Assembly (NCBI GenBank): GCA_049967655.1
Contig: JBMFSH010000011.1
Coordinates: 1 to 64,000, forward strand
Direction of reading: 5' to 3'
Length of the DNA: 64,000 nucleotides
Origin: Acidobacteriota bacterium
GTDB lineage: Bacteria > Acidobacteriota > UBA4820 > DSQY01
Of this stretch, positions 1-9,643 are shown piece after piece. Position numbers and translations under genes: made by a program. Below the pieces are notes generated by a model that searched no databases, was not told where the DNA came from, and worked only from the letters and a program-made list of their open reading frames with translations. The stretch's first letter is position 1; every line of letters begins with the position of its first letter.

Positions 1-509
1 GCATCAACTACTCGGTGGAGCCCTCCAGCACCGGCCCCTCGGCGACGGTGGTCTCCCGGGGCGGCGAGTCGGTGGTCATCTTCCGGGTGCCCTCCTTCAA
101 CCCCGGCACCGCCCTCTCCTTCACGGTCAGCATGAGACCCGGAAAGCTGGCGAACCGCGCCGTCTATCCCAATTACGCCACCCTGGCCGCCGTCGGGAAC
201 GGTGACCTGGAGGCCGCCTTCACCCCCTCCATGGCCACCTTCGATGCACCTCTTAGCGTGGCCACCAGCGGCGTCACCCTCACCCTCGCCCCCGGCCACT
301 ACCGGGGCATCCGCAGACTGGAAGTCACCATCCTGGCCCACCCCGATCCCGGAACCATGCTCGGGGAGGGCCCTGGCGTCAAGGTCGTGGTCTTGAAGGA
401 CAAGAAAGCCGCCTCCGCAAGCCGCGAGTCCGGCATGCTCCAGGACGTCGAGGACGCCCTGGCCCCCGGGGCCGGAACTCAGGCTGCGCCCCCGGCCGAC
501 GCACCGTAA
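1..509 (+). CDS. Hypothetical protein, 3' part only (runs off window start); beta-rich, possibly a surface/Ig-like domain
   Basis: Open frame from the window edge to TAA at 507-509, with GC3-rich codons and a hairpin just downstream. Confidence 0.6.
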   Translation, partial: INYSVEPSSTGPSATVVSRGGESVVIFRVPSFNPGTALSFTVSMRPGKLANRAVYPNYATLAAVGNGDLEAAFTPSMATFDAPLSVATSGVTLTLAPGHYRGIRRLEVTILAHPDPGTMLGEGPGVKVVVLKDKKAASASRESGMLQDVEDALAPGAGTQAAPPADAP

Positions 510-540
510 GGACTCAGCACACCAGACCGGCCCGACGCAC

Positions 541-566
541 GGGGGGAGGCGGCCGCCTCCCCCCTT
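541..566 (+). terminator. Hairpin, probable intrinsic terminator
   Basis: GGGGGGAGGC-GGCC-GCCTCCCCCC followed by TT; the U tail is weak. Confidence 0.5.
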
Positions 567-813
567 CGCTTGCACGGCCCCGCGCCGCCCGTTCTTCAAC
601 CCAAATTCCGCGATAGAAACGCGGGCGCTTCCGGCTACCGCTCGGGTTCACGGGAGAAAGGCGTTATCTCCTGGACGGGGAGGGCCAGGGCCTTGCCCCC
701 CGAACCGCGAGCGAAGCCCGACGGTTCGGGAGATTGCCCTGCGGGGCCCCGCCCCACGGGCAAAGCCCGATGGGGCCCCACCTCTCCCTCGGCGCCCTCT
801 TCGCCTTCGGCTC

Positions 814-913
814 GATGGCCCCCAATCCCTCAGTGGGTGTGACACCCTTTCCTACCGTGCGTGATCTGTCGCGCCTTCCACGACTATTCCCCTCCTCCAT
901 CGCGGGATTGGGG
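814..913. repeat. Dispersed ~100-bp intergenic repeat, copy 1
   Basis: Aligns by eye with 34458-34556; shared blocks include TGTGACACCCTTT, CGTGATCTGTCGCGCCTTCCA and ATTCCCCTCCTCCATCGCGGGATTGGGG. Confidence 0.85.
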
Positions 914-1015
914 TTCGGGCTGGCTCTTGACCGCCAGCCAAGGAGGGACGGCGCTCGCGAGGCCGCTTCCTTTTCCGGCAAGCGGCCTCTTCCAATACCT
1001 CCCCCCATCCGGAAC

Positions 1016-1053
1016 TTGACAACGGGGATTTAGTGTACTACTGTACCGATACA
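1016..1053 (+). promoter_or_regulatory. Sigma70 promoter overlapped by a YtrA/GntR-type operator
   Basis: TTGACA (1016-1021), 17 bp, TACTGT (1039-1044); imperfect palindrome TGTACTACTGTACCGATACA (1034-1053) covers the -10, upstream of a YtrA-like regulator. Confidence 0.75.
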
Positions 1054-1133
1054 GTGATTCACGGGGAGCCCGGCTGGCCGCCGGTGAAGTCCCGCGAAAC
1101 CATTGGGAGCCACCTTTGCGGGGAGGATTCGCG

Positions 1134-1535
1134 ATGAAGAGACGACTGACGGTGGACCCGGCGGACGCCGTCCCGATCTGGAGGCAGGTCGAGGAGGGGC
1201 TCCGGCGCCTGGTGGCCTCCGGGGCCCTCGCGCGAGGCGCGCCCGTGCCGTCGGTGCGGGAGCTGGCCAAAGATCTCAGGATCAACCCCGCCACGGTGGC
1301 CAAGGCCTACCAGCGCCTCACCGAGGCGGGGGTCCTGTCGGTCCGGCGCGGCGAGGGGACCTTCGTGGCGGCCGATGCGCCCGCCCTGGCCTCGAGAGAG
1401 AGACGGCGCACCTTGCGCGAGGGGGCCGAGCGATACGCCAGCCTGGCCCTGACGCTGGGCGCGGCGAAGCAGGAGGCGCTAGGCGCCGTGACGACCGCCT
1501 GGGACGGCCTGGGCGAGAAGGGAGGCCGCTCGTGA
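1134..1535 (+). CDS. GntR family transcriptional regulator (YtrA subfamily)
   Basis: PIWRQV...PSVRELAKDLRINPATVAKAYQRL...RRGEGTFV winged HTH with short C-terminus; first gene of an ABC operon. Confidence 0.92.
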   Translation: MKRRLTVDPADAVPIWRQVEEGLRRLVASGALARGAPVPSVRELAKDLRINPATVAKAYQRLTEAGVLSVRRGEGTFVAADAPALASRERRRTLREGAERYASLALTLGAAKQEALGAVTTAWDGLGEKGGRS

Positions 1536-2452
1536 GCAGCCATGACGGACAGATGGCCCTGCACCTCGATCGCGTGAGTGTGCGCTACGGGAAGACCACC
1601 GCCGCGGAGGCCGTGAGCTTCGCGGTTCCCAAGGGCTCGGTCTTCGCCCTGCTGGGGCGGAACGGCGCGGGCAAGAGCTCCCTCATCCGCTGCCTGCTCG
1701 GCCAGCAAAGAGCCCAGGAGGGAGCGGCGACGATCTTCGGCGAAGACCCCTGGTCCAACCGCGCCCGGCTGATGGCCCGCCTCGGCGTGGTGCCCGAGGA
1801 GCCGGACGCGCCCCCGGACATGACGGCCCGCCAGCTCGCGGCCTTCTGCTTCCGCCTCTACCCCTCCTGGGACGGCAAGGGCGTAGAGACGAGGCTCCGG
1901 CGGTTCGCGGTCCCCGGCGACGTGCCCTTCGCCCGCCTCTCCAAGGGCCAGAAGGGACAGCTCGCCCTGGCCCTGGCCCTCGGCAGCCTGCCCGAGCTGC
2001 TGGTGTTGGACGACCCCACGCTGGGCCTCGACGTGGTGGCCCGCAAGGCGCTCTTCGAGGAGCTCGTGGACGAGCTGGCCGAGCGCGGCACCACCGTGCT
2101 CCTGACGAGCCACGACCTCGCCGGCGTGGAGGCCATGGCCGACCGGGTGGGAATTCTGAAGGAGGGGCGGCTGCTCGTGGACGAGCCGCTGGATGACCTC
2201 AAGGCCCGCTTTCGCCGGGTGAGCTTCGGACGGTCCGATGCCACACCGCACGGGTCCGACGTCCTGAAGGCGCTCAGCCCGCTCGCGCTGAAGCAGGCCT
2301 CCTGGGGCGCGGAGGCGTTGGTCTCCGGTTTTTCCGAGGAGGCCTTCGCCCGCTTCGCCGAGGCGCCGGGCGTGAGCGACGCCGAGGCATCGCCCCTGTC
2401 CCTGGAAGAGATCTTTATCGCCCTGTGCGGCGAAGAGGGAGGACGGCCATGA
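1532..2452 (+). CDS. ABC transporter ATP-binding protein (YtrB-like)
   Basis: Walker A GRNGAGKS, signature LSKGQ, Walker B LLVLDDP, H-loop TSHD; GTG start overlaps the GntR stop. Confidence 0.9.
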   Translation: MSSHDGQMALHLDRVSVRYGKTTAAEAVSFAVPKGSVFALLGRNGAGKSSLIRCLLGQQRAQEGAATIFGEDPWSNRARLMARLGVVPEEPDAPPDMTARQLAAFCFRLYPSWDGKGVETRLRRFAVPGDVPFARLSKGQKGQLALALALGSLPELLVLDDPTLGLDVVARKALFEELVDELAERGTTVLLTSHDLAGVEAMADRVGILKEGRLLVDEPLDDLKARFRRVSFGRSDATPHGSDVLKALSPLALKQASWGAEALVSGFSEEAFARFAEAPGVSDAEASPLSLEEIFIALCGEEGGRP

Positions 2453-4410
2453 GAGGCTTCACCGCCGTGTTGTCGCGCGAGCTGGGCCTGAGAAAGGCGA
2501 TCTGGGCCGCGGCCCTCGTGGCGGGCCTCCTGCCCTTCCTCCTGGCGGCCTTGCCGGGCATGGCTTACGGGTACGCTGAGGTGCGGGACGCCAGCGCCCT
2601 GGCCATCGCCGTGGGCGCGGGCGAGCTGCTGGCGCTGGTCCTGGGCGCCACCGTCCTGGGCCGGGAGCTGGCCGAGCGCCGCCTCTCCTTCGACTTCGCC
2701 CGCCCCATCGGCGGCCTGGCTATCTGGGCCGGCCGCATGGCAGCCGTGCTCATCCTTTCGCTGGGTTCGGCCCTCGTGATCCTCCTGCCGGCCACGCTGG
2801 CCGGAGGGGGGCTTGTGACGCTCGCGGCGGGAGCCGCCGCTCGCCCGGGGCTCCCCTGGTATTGGCCCCCACCGGGCCCGCTGGGCATGATCCTGCTGTA
2901 CGTCCTGAACGTGCTCTTCCTGGCCGCGCTGGCCCACGTCCTGGGAGCGCTGGGCCGCTCCCGCTCGCCGTGGCTGCTCCTGGACGCGGGGCTCTTGGTC
3001 GCCATCGGACTGGTCGTCTTTCTGGCCGGCCGCGGTCTCTATCGCCAGAATGCCTTCTTCGGCCTGGCGGCTGGCGCTCTGGGCTGTGCGCTCCTTCTCG
3101 TGACGGCCCTCCTGGCGGCGGGGGCCGCCCAGGTGACCCGCGGGCGCACCGATCCGCGCGCAGGCCACCGGGCCCTGTCTACTACGCTCTGGTCGCTCTG
3201 CGCCGTGGGCGCCCTCGGCTTCGCCGGCTACGCCCGCTGGTACACTCACCTCTCCCCGGCCGATCTGGCGGACATTCAATTCGCCCGGGTCTCGCCCGGC
3301 GGACAGTGGATCTACGTGGGGGGAGGGGCGCGCCACCGCTCCGACCTCTCGCCCGACTTTCTGTACAACCCCGCGACCGGCGCCTCCCTCCGGCTGAACA
3401 TCCAGTGGTGGGGAGAGGATCCGGCCTTCTCGGAGGACGGGAACCGCGCCGCCTGGGTCCAGGGGCGCGACCGGCGCGAGATCATGACCGCCGATCTGCG
3501 GCGGACCCGCCCAAGGGCCATCCCGACGGGCATCTCCGTGGCGGGTCTGGACTGGCGCCTCGCCCTTTCTCCGGACGGGCACAGGCTGGCCGTGCTATCA
3601 GACGGCACCCTCTCGGTCTACGAGCTGGCCGGCGGGAGGCTGCTGGCCTCGGCCCGCGTCTCGATCTGGAGCGGAGAAAAGGGGCAAGAAGAGGCCTTCT
3701 GGACGAGCCGCCTGCTCTTCCCCGACGAGGGGCACGTGGCCCTCTTCGCGGTTCTGAGGCCCGGCGCGAAGCAGTCCCCGGGCAGCGTCGCGATCCAGCG
3801 GTTCGACGTGGCCTCCCGGACGCTGGAGACCACGGGAGAGATCGGCGGCCTGTCGGGGCTCATCTTGCTGGCGCCCAACCGAACGGGCTCCAAGCTCATC
3901 GTGAGCCAGAAAGACGGGGACCTCTGGTCGACCTCCCTTCGCGACGGAATCACGGGGGCGCTGATCGCCCCCCTGGGGCCGGAGGGGCGTGCCATCCGGG
4001 CGGCCTTCCTTCCCGAGGGCGGCGTGGTGGCATGGGGCCGATCGAAGGGAGAGTCCGATCTCTGGTTCTACGGAGACGACGGAGCCCTGAAGACCACGGC
4101 CAATCTGGGAAACATCGGCGAGGTGGTGTTTGGCTCGGAGCCCAGGCCGGGAGAGCTCTTCATCGGGATCGCTCCCGCCGTCCATGAGTGGTACCGGCAC
4201 CTCTCCTTGGCGTCGGTGAATTGCTCCACCGGCTCCAGCCGGCTGGTGGCGGCCGGGCTCGCCCCTCTCTGGTGGCCCTGGGCCCGGGTCCTGTGGAGCG
4301 GTCCCGCCGCGTCGCTCGCCCTCACTTCCGACGGCTCCCTCGTGCGCGTGGACCCGGCCACCGGCCGGGAGACCGCCCTCATCCGGGGCACCCTCAAGCC
4401 GAAGGAGTGA
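2449..4410 (+). CDS. ABC-2-type permease fused to a C-terminal beta-propeller-like soluble domain
   Basis: Multiple hydrophobic helices in the N-terminal ~270 aa, then WD40/TolB-like repeats (VSPGGQW, FSEDGNR, LSPDGHRLAV); ATGA overlap with the ATPase. Confidence 0.75.
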   Translation: MRGFTAVLSRELGLRKAIWAAALVAGLLPFLLAALPGMAYGYAEVRDASALAIAVGAGELLALVLGATVLGRELAERRLSFDFARPIGGLAIWAGRMAAVLILSLGSALVILLPATLAGGGLVTLAAGAAARPGLPWYWPPPGPLGMILLYVLNVLFLAALAHVLGALGRSRSPWLLLDAGLLVAIGLVVFLAGRGLYRQNAFFGLAAGALGCALLLVTALLAAGAAQVTRGRTDPRAGHRALSTTLWSLCAVGALGFAGYARWYTHLSPADLADIQFARVSPGGQWIYVGGGARHRSDLSPDFLYNPATGASLRLNIQWWGEDPAFSEDGNRAAWVQGRDRREIMTADLRRTRPRAIPTGISVAGLDWRLALSPDGHRLAVLSDGTLSVYELAGGRLLASARVSIWSGEKGQEEAFWTSRLLFPDEGHVALFAVLRPGAKQSPGSVAIQRFDVASRTLETTGEIGGLSGLILLAPNRTGSKLIVSQKDGDLWSTSLRDGITGALIAPLGPEGRAIRAAFLPEGGVVAWGRSKGESDLWFYGDDGALKTTANLGNIGEVVFGSEPRPGELFIGIAPAVHEWYRHLSLASVNCSTGSSRLVAAGLAPLWWPWARVLWSGPAASLALTSDGSLVRVDPATGRETALIRGTLKPKE

Positions 4411-4461
4411 GTAGGCCGAACCCCTGACCTTGCCTAAGGAGTGAATCTCCTCCTACCTTCG

Positions 4462-4492
4462 GGGGGCGGACGGCGTCCGCCCCCGCTTTTTT
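4462..4492 (+). terminator. Intrinsic terminator of the ytr-like operon
   Basis: GGGGGCGGAC-GGC-GTCCGCCCCC followed by GCTTTTTT. Confidence 0.75.
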
Positions 4493-4550
4493 CTGCGCAC
4501 CACCGGCTGGCCCGAACCCACCGCGCCCCCTTCGAAGGCCTCCCCCCGCC

Positions 4551-4604
4551 CTCCTCAACTCCTCAACTCATCAACTCCTCACCTCATCAACTTATCAACT
4601 CATC
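4551..4604. repeat. Tandem octamer array (consensus CTC[C/A]TCAA), about 6.7 units
   Basis: ctcctcaa ctcctcaa ctcatcaa ctcctcac ctcatcaa cttatcaa ctcatc. Confidence 0.85.
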
Positions 4605-4641
4605 CGGCTATACTGGGGCGACGCAGAGGAGGGAGGAGGCG

Positions 4642-6393
4642 TTGTCCAACCACGAGACCATCACGCTCACCCTCGGTCTGGCCCTCTGGATGGGGGTCAC
4701 GGCCATGAGCCTGGCCCGGCGTCTGCGCGTGCCACCCCTGCTCTTCTACCTCCTGGCGGGCCTCGCGCTGGGTCCCATGGGGCTGGGCTGGATGAAGCCC
4801 GAGGCCCTGGGCGACCGCCTCTCGACCCTCGTGGAGTTCGGCCTGGCCATCATCCTCTTCGAGGGGGCCCTGAGCCTTCCCAGCTCGGCGAGCGGTGCCC
4901 TGCCCCGCTCCTCGCGGCGTCTGCTGGGCATCGGCATGCCGATGACGGCCGTGCTCTCCGCCCTCACGGCGCACTTCGTCGCCGGGCTCGATCCTCTGGC
5001 ATCCGCCGCCTTCGGCGCCCTCATCTCGGTCACCGGCCCCACCACCATCGGCCCCCTGCTCCGGAGCCTGGCCATCAGCCGCCGGCTGGAGGTCCTCTTA
5101 CGCAACGAGGCCATCTGGGGGGACTGCCTCGGCATCCTCATGGCGAGCCTGGTGCTCCCCTTCTGGATCCAGCGCGGGCCGAAGGCCCTCGCCAGCCTCC
5201 CCTACCACCTCTTCGAGATGGTCGGGCTGGCGGCGGTGATGGGCGTCGTCGCCGGGGTCCTGTTGGCCAGGTGGGTACTTCCGGCGTTGGCCAAGCTCGG
5301 GGAGCCCGAGCTGCCGGGCATGGCGGCCCTGGCGTGGGCCATCCTCGCCTTCACCGCAGCCCAGACCCTGAGCCCCGGGAGCGGCCCCATCGCCAGCGCC
5401 GTCGCTGGCTTCACGCTGGTCACGATGAAGGGCCCCTTCGCGGCGGAGATCCGCCTCTTCAAGGGCCAGGTGGCCTACCTCTTCATCAGCATGCTCTTCG
5501 TCCTGCTCTCGGGCCTCTTTCACCTGTCGGCGATCCAGGGAAACCTCACCAGGCTCCTGCTGACGGCGCTCATCCTGGGCCTCGTCGTGCGCCCCGCCAG
5601 CCTCTTCCTCTCCCTCTGGGGCACCGAACTGCCGATGGCGGAACGGCTTTTCACGGCCCTCATCGGCCCTCGCGGCATCGTCGCCCTGGCCACCGCCTCC
5701 TTCGTGCTGACCCAGCGGGGCGATGACCCCATGGCCCGAAAGGCCTTTGCCCTGACCTTCCTGGTGATCGCCCTCTCGGCGGGCTTCGCCACCCTCATGG
5801 GACGCCCCCTCGCCTGGCTCCTGCGTATCCGGGTGGCGGAGTCCCGGACGGGCATCGTGATCGTGGGTATCAACCCCTTCTCCACGGCTCTGGCCACGGC
5901 CCTTTCGGGAAGGGTCCCCGTGCGGCTGCTGGACAGTGACCCGGCCAAGGTGCAGGCCACGACCATCCCGGGCGTGGAGGTGGTGCAGGGCAACGCCCTC
6001 GATGAAAGCCTTTACGAGGACGCCTCGGAGCTGGGCTACCGGAGGGTCCTCGCCGCCACCCCCAACGACGCCCTCAATGGTATGGTCCTCGAACACGCGG
6101 AGCCGGTCTTCGGGAGGAACCGCCTCTTCCGCATCGCCAACAGCCCCTCCGCCGCCCTCGTCCGCCTGCGGCCCCACCTGGCCAAGACCCTGGCCTTCAG
6201 CGAGGAGTTCCACACGGGCCTCCTGCCGAAGGGCGGGGGCTGGCGCATCCGCGAGGCCGCCGACACCGCGCCCGGCCTCTGGCCCCTGGTCTCTCTCAAG
6301 GGGGACGGGGTCCGGCTCATCCGCGGAGGCGGGAGCGAGCCGCCTCCCTACCTCGTGCTGGAGATGGACGGGCCGAACCCGGCCTCCCGTTGA
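4642..6393 (+). CDS. Cation:proton antiporter (CPA1/NhaP-like) with C-terminal TrkA-N (RCK) domain
   Basis: AIILFEGAL, VTGPTTI, GPRGIVA motifs; C-terminal IVIVG...GNALD...ATPNDALN; GGAGG RBS before TTG at 4642. Confidence 0.88.
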   Translation: MSNHETITLTLGLALWMGVTAMSLARRLRVPPLLFYLLAGLALGPMGLGWMKPEALGDRLSTLVEFGLAIILFEGALSLPSSASGALPRSSRRLLGIGMPMTAVLSALTAHFVAGLDPLASAAFGALISVTGPTTIGPLLRSLAISRRLEVLLRNEAIWGDCLGILMASLVLPFWIQRGPKALASLPYHLFEMVGLAAVMGVVAGVLLARWVLPALAKLGEPELPGMAALAWAILAFTAAQTLSPGSGPIASAVAGFTLVTMKGPFAAEIRLFKGQVAYLFISMLFVLLSGLFHLSAIQGNLTRLLLTALILGLVVRPASLFLSLWGTELPMAERLFTALIGPRGIVALATASFVLTQRGDDPMARKAFALTFLVIALSAGFATLMGRPLAWLLRIRVAESRTGIVIVGINPFSTALATALSGRVPVRLLDSDPAKVQATTIPGVEVVQGNALDESLYEDASELGYRRVLAATPNDALNGMVLEHAEPVFGRNRLFRIANSPSAALVRLRPHLAKTLAFSEEFHTGLLPKGGGWRIREAADTAPGLWPLVSLKGDGVRLIRGGGSEPPPYLVLEMDGPNPASR

Positions 6394-6465
6394 GAACGCG
6401 TGGACCGGCCTGCCCGTCAGGGGTAGGATGCCCGCAGCGGCAGTGGGCCGCCGAGGGAGGTGCTC

Positions 6466-7350
6466 ATGAGGAAGGCCGTGCGGCGCATCCTGGTGCGAAG
6501 GGGGGTCCGCCTCGCGGAGGACTACCTGCTCCTGACCGCGGGTGCGCTCACCGTGGCGGCGGGGGTGGACCTCTTCCTGACGCCGAACCACGTGGTGGCG
6601 GCGGGGGTCACCGGCCTCGCCATGCTCGCCTTCTTCCTCTGGAAGTGGCCGGTGGGGCTCGTCACCCTGGCGCTCAACGTGCCGCTGCTCCTGGCCGGCA
6701 TGCGGTGGGGCGGCGGCTACAAGGTCCTGGTGAGGACCATCTACGCTACGGTGGTGATGAGCTTCGGGATCGACCTGCTCCAGCCGCTCCTTCCGGCGGT
6801 CCACGGCGACCCGCTCATCTACACCCTCTTCGGGGGGCTGGTGGACGGCTTCGGCATCGGGCTGGTGCTGCGGGGGCGGGGCACCACCGGCGGCACCGAC
6901 ATCATCGCCCAGCTCCTCCACCGCTACCGCCGCATCCCCTTCGGCCAGGTCTTCCTGGTGAGCAACACGGTGATCTTGCTGGCCGCCATCCCCGTGGTCG
7001 GCCTCGTGCCCGTGCTCTACGCCCTCATCGTGAACTACATCTCCAGCCGGGTCCTGGATACGGTGCAGGAGGGGCTCGGCTACGCCCGCTCGGTGCTCAT
7101 CGTGAGCAAGAAGATGGACGAGGTGCGCGAGGCCATCCTGAAGGAGGTGGGCCGGGGGGTCACGGTCCTCCAGGGCTGGGGAGGCTACAGCCGCGAGCCG
7201 AGGCCGGTCCTCTACGTGGTGGTCTCCCGCTCCCAGATAACGGCCCTCAAGCGGATCATCGCCGAGGTGGACCCCCTGGCCTTCGTCGTGGTGTCGGAGG
7301 CCCACGAGGTGCTCGGCGAGGGCTTCCGGCCGGTGGCGGGCGAGCCGTAG
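6466..7350 (+). CDS. YitT family membrane protein (DUF2179 C-terminus)
   Basis: AGVTGLA, LNVPLL, TTGGTDII, RGVT...G.GGYS, DPLAFVVV..AHEVLGEGF. Confidence 0.92.
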   Translation: MRKAVRRILVRRGVRLAEDYLLLTAGALTVAAGVDLFLTPNHVVAAGVTGLAMLAFFLWKWPVGLVTLALNVPLLLAGMRWGGGYKVLVRTIYATVVMSFGIDLLQPLLPAVHGDPLIYTLFGGLVDGFGIGLVLRGRGTTGGTDIIAQLLHRYRRIPFGQVFLVSNTVILLAAIPVVGLVPVLYALIVNYISSRVLDTVQEGLGYARSVLIVSKKMDEVREAILKEVGRGVTVLQGWGGYSREPRPVLYVVVSRSQITALKRIIAEVDPLAFVVVSEAHEVLGEGFRPVAGEP

Positions 7351-7425
7351 CGAGTCCCGGGGCCGGACGGGTGCGGCGGCGCCCTCGGTGGAGGTTCGGC
7401 CGCGAGGGCCAGCCCGGTGTTTCCA

Positions 7426-7454
7426 TTGACATCGCTATCCTTGTGTACTAACTT
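7426..7454 (+). promoter_or_regulatory. Putative sigma70 promoter
   Basis: TTGACA (7426-7431), 17 bp, TAACTT (7449-7454). Confidence 0.5.
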
Positions 7455-7479
7455 GTTGCCATAGGACTGGGGGGCCCAT

Positions 7480-8787
7480 TTGAAGCGATCGCCCGCAAAA
7501 CGCGCCGAGAGACCTTCGCCTAGAGCAAGGCCCAGTTCGTCCGCCCTCCGCGAGCGGGTGCGGCGGCTCAAGGCGGTGGTGGACGCCGGCGCCCTAGCCC
7601 AGCGGACCTTCGACTTGTCAACCATAGCCGAGCAGATCATCTCGACGGCCGCTCGTTGCATCGGCGCGGAGCGGGGCAGCCTCTTCTTGGTTGACCGGGA
7701 GACGGGAGTCCTCTCCTCCCTGGTGGCGCAGGGCGTGAACGGCCGCCTGCTCACCCTGGCCCCCGGCGAGGGCATCGCGGGAGCCGTGGTGCGCACGGGG
7801 AAGCCGATCCTCCTCTCCAATCCCTACTCCGACTGGCGCTTCGATCCCTCGGTGGACGAGGCCACGGGCTTCACCACGCGCTCCCTGCTGACGGTGCCGG
7901 TCCGGAGCAGGGAGGGCCACCTCGTGGCCGTGCTCCAGCTTCTCAACCACCGGCGGGGCCGCTTCACCCAGGGCGACGTGTCGTTCCTGGCCGAATTGGC
8001 GGTCCCCTTCGCGGCGGCCCTCGAAGCGGCGCACAACCACAAGGCCATCCTGGAGCGCGAGCGCCTGCTCCAGGAGATCAGGACGGCCGCCGATATTCAG
8101 GAGACGCTCAGGCCCAAAGACCTTCACGCGATCCGGGGATTGGAGATCTCGGTGCTCTGCAAGCCCTGCCTGGAGGTGGGCGGCGACTACTTCGATTGCA
8201 TCCCGGGGAGGGACGGCTCGTGGTGGCTGGTGGTGGCCGACGTATCGGGCAAGGGCGTTCCGGCGGCGCTCATCGCCTCCAACATGCAGGCCTTCCTCTG
8301 GTGCCGCAGAAACTCGGGAACGCCGCTGGCGGAGACGGCCGCAGAGGGAAACAACCTGTTGTACAAACTCGCCGAGGGCCGAAAGTATCTTTCACTGGTC
8401 CTGGCGGAGTGGTGGCCAGACAGCCGTGAGCTGCGCTGGCTCAACGCGGGCCACCCGCCCATGCTCCTTCAGAAGAAGAGAAAAAAGATCCAGCGGCTGG
8501 GCGCCACGGGGCCGCCCCTGGGGCTTCTGCCGGACATCTCCTTCACCAGCGGGTCGCTCCTTCTCCACAAGGGAGACCTGCTCCTTGCCCTCACCGACGG
8601 GGTGACCGAGGCCTCTCGGGAGCTGGGCGGCGAGGAGTTCGGGTTGGAGCGTGCGGCCCAATGCCTGAAGAGGAGCGGGGGCGCCGAGACGGCGGTGCAT
8701 ACCCTGAGCGAGGCCGTGACGGCCTTTCTGGCCGGGGGCTCGCTGCGAGACGACCTGACGGTGCTCTGCGCCCGCTGCCTCGGCTGA
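7480..8787 (+). CDS. GAF domain plus PP2C/SpoIIE (RsbU-like) protein phosphatase
   Basis: GAF (ERGSLFL, GIAG.V, D.RF...[13 protein letters not shown]); PP2C motifs [26 protein letters not shown]. Confidence 0.92.
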   Translation: MKRSPAKRAERPSPRARPSSSALRERVRRLKAVVDAGALAQRTFDLSTIAEQIISTAARCIGAERGSLFLVDRETGVLSSLVAQGVNGRLLTLAPGEGIAGAVVRTGKPILLSNPYSDWRFDPSVDEATGFTTRSLLTVPVRSREGHLVAVLQLLNHRRGRFTQGDVSFLAELAVPFAAALEAAHNHKAILERERLLQEIRTAADIQETLRPKDLHAIRGLEISVLCKPCLEVGGDYFDCIPGRDGSWWLVVADVSGKGVPAALIASNMQAFLWCRRNSGTPLAETAAEGNNLLYKLAEGRKYLSLVLAEWWPDSRELRWLNAGHPPMLLQKKRKKIQRLGATGPPLGLLPDISFTSGSLLLHKGDLLLALTDGVTEASRELGGEEFGLERAAQCLKRSGGAETAVHTLSEAVTAFLAGGSLRDDLTVLCARCLG

Positions 8788-8923
8788 GGCTACGCGCCAG
8801 AGCCCTCCCGGCCTCACGCCTCGGCCCTCCAGCGCTCCATCACGGCTCCTTCGTTCGGCGCCTCTCTTTCGCCCGGCGGAAGAGGGCGCCTCCCGCGAGC
8901 GTTCATGCAAAGGGAGGCGAACT

Positions 8924-9328
8924 TTGGACGAGACGCTGGAGCGGGTCACCGAGGCGCTGGGCATCCCCCGCCTGCGACGACACATCTTCCTCTGCTGCGA
9001 CCAAACCAAGCCCAAGTGTTGCCAGAGGGAGGCGGGGCTTGAGTCCTGGGCCTACCTCAAGCGGAGGCTCGACGAGCTGAAGCTCGCGGGGCGGGGCGGG
9101 GTCCACCGGACCAAGGCCAACTGCCTGAAGATCTGCCGCCAGGGGCCCATCGCCGTGGTCTACCCGGAGGGCACCTGGTACCGCTCCTGCACACCCGAGG
9201 TCCTGGAGCGCATCATCCAGGAGCACCTCATTGGCGGAAGGCCCGTGCGGGAGCTGGCTTTCGCCGACCATCCGCTGGAGGGCGGCGAGTGTCCGGACGC
9301 GTGGCCCGGCGGCACGCCCCCCGGCTGA
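8924..9328 (+). CDS. Thioredoxin-like [2Fe-2S] ferredoxin
   Basis: RHIFLC...KCC...[20 protein letters not shown]...IIQEHLIGG. Confidence 0.9.
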   Translation: MDETLERVTEALGIPRLRRHIFLCCDQTKPKCCQREAGLESWAYLKRRLDELKLAGRGGVHRTKANCLKICRQGPIAVVYPEGTWYRSCTPEVLERIIQEHLIGGRPVRELAFADHPLEGGECPDAWPGGTPPG

Positions 9329-9337
9329 GAGGCGGCC

Positions 9338-9643
9338 ATGGCCCAACGCTACCCGAGCTTTGCTGAGTTCTACCCCTTCTACCTCTCGGAGCACGGCAAC
9401 CGCACCTGCCGGAGGCTCCACTTCATCGGGAGCCTCGTGGTGCTCGCCCTCCTGGCCTCGGCCGCGATTACGAGGATCTGGTGGCTCCTGCTCTTCATGC
9501 CCGTGGCGGGCTACGGCTTCGCCTGGGTGGGCCACTTCGTCTTCGAGAAGAACCGGCCCGCCACCTTCACCTACCCGCTCTACAGCCTGGCGGGCGATTG
9601 GGTGATGTTCTTCTCCATCCTCACCGGCAAGATTTCGTTCTAG
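9338..9643 (+). CDS. DUF962 / Mpo1-like small membrane protein
   Basis: FYPFYLSEH...RRLHFIG...GYGFAWVGHFVFEKNRPATF.YP. Confidence 0.9.
   Translation: MAQRYPSFAEFYPFYLSEHGNRTCRRLHFIGSLVVLALLASAAITRIWWLLLFMPVAGYGFAWVGHFVFEKNRPATFTYPLYSLAGDWVMFFSILTGKISF

Noticed and set aside
814..913. Dispersed repeat as a group II intron domain V/VI remnant or a riboswitch
   Set aside because: No convincing domain V catalytic triad hairpin or known aptamer consensus; kept only as an unassigned repeat
4551..4604. Short repeat arrays as possible CRISPR
   Set aside because: Units are 7-9 bp and contiguous, with no spacers and no cas genes in the window
5098..7305. 735-aa ORF on the - strand
   Set aside because: Antisense shadow of the antiporter and YitT genes
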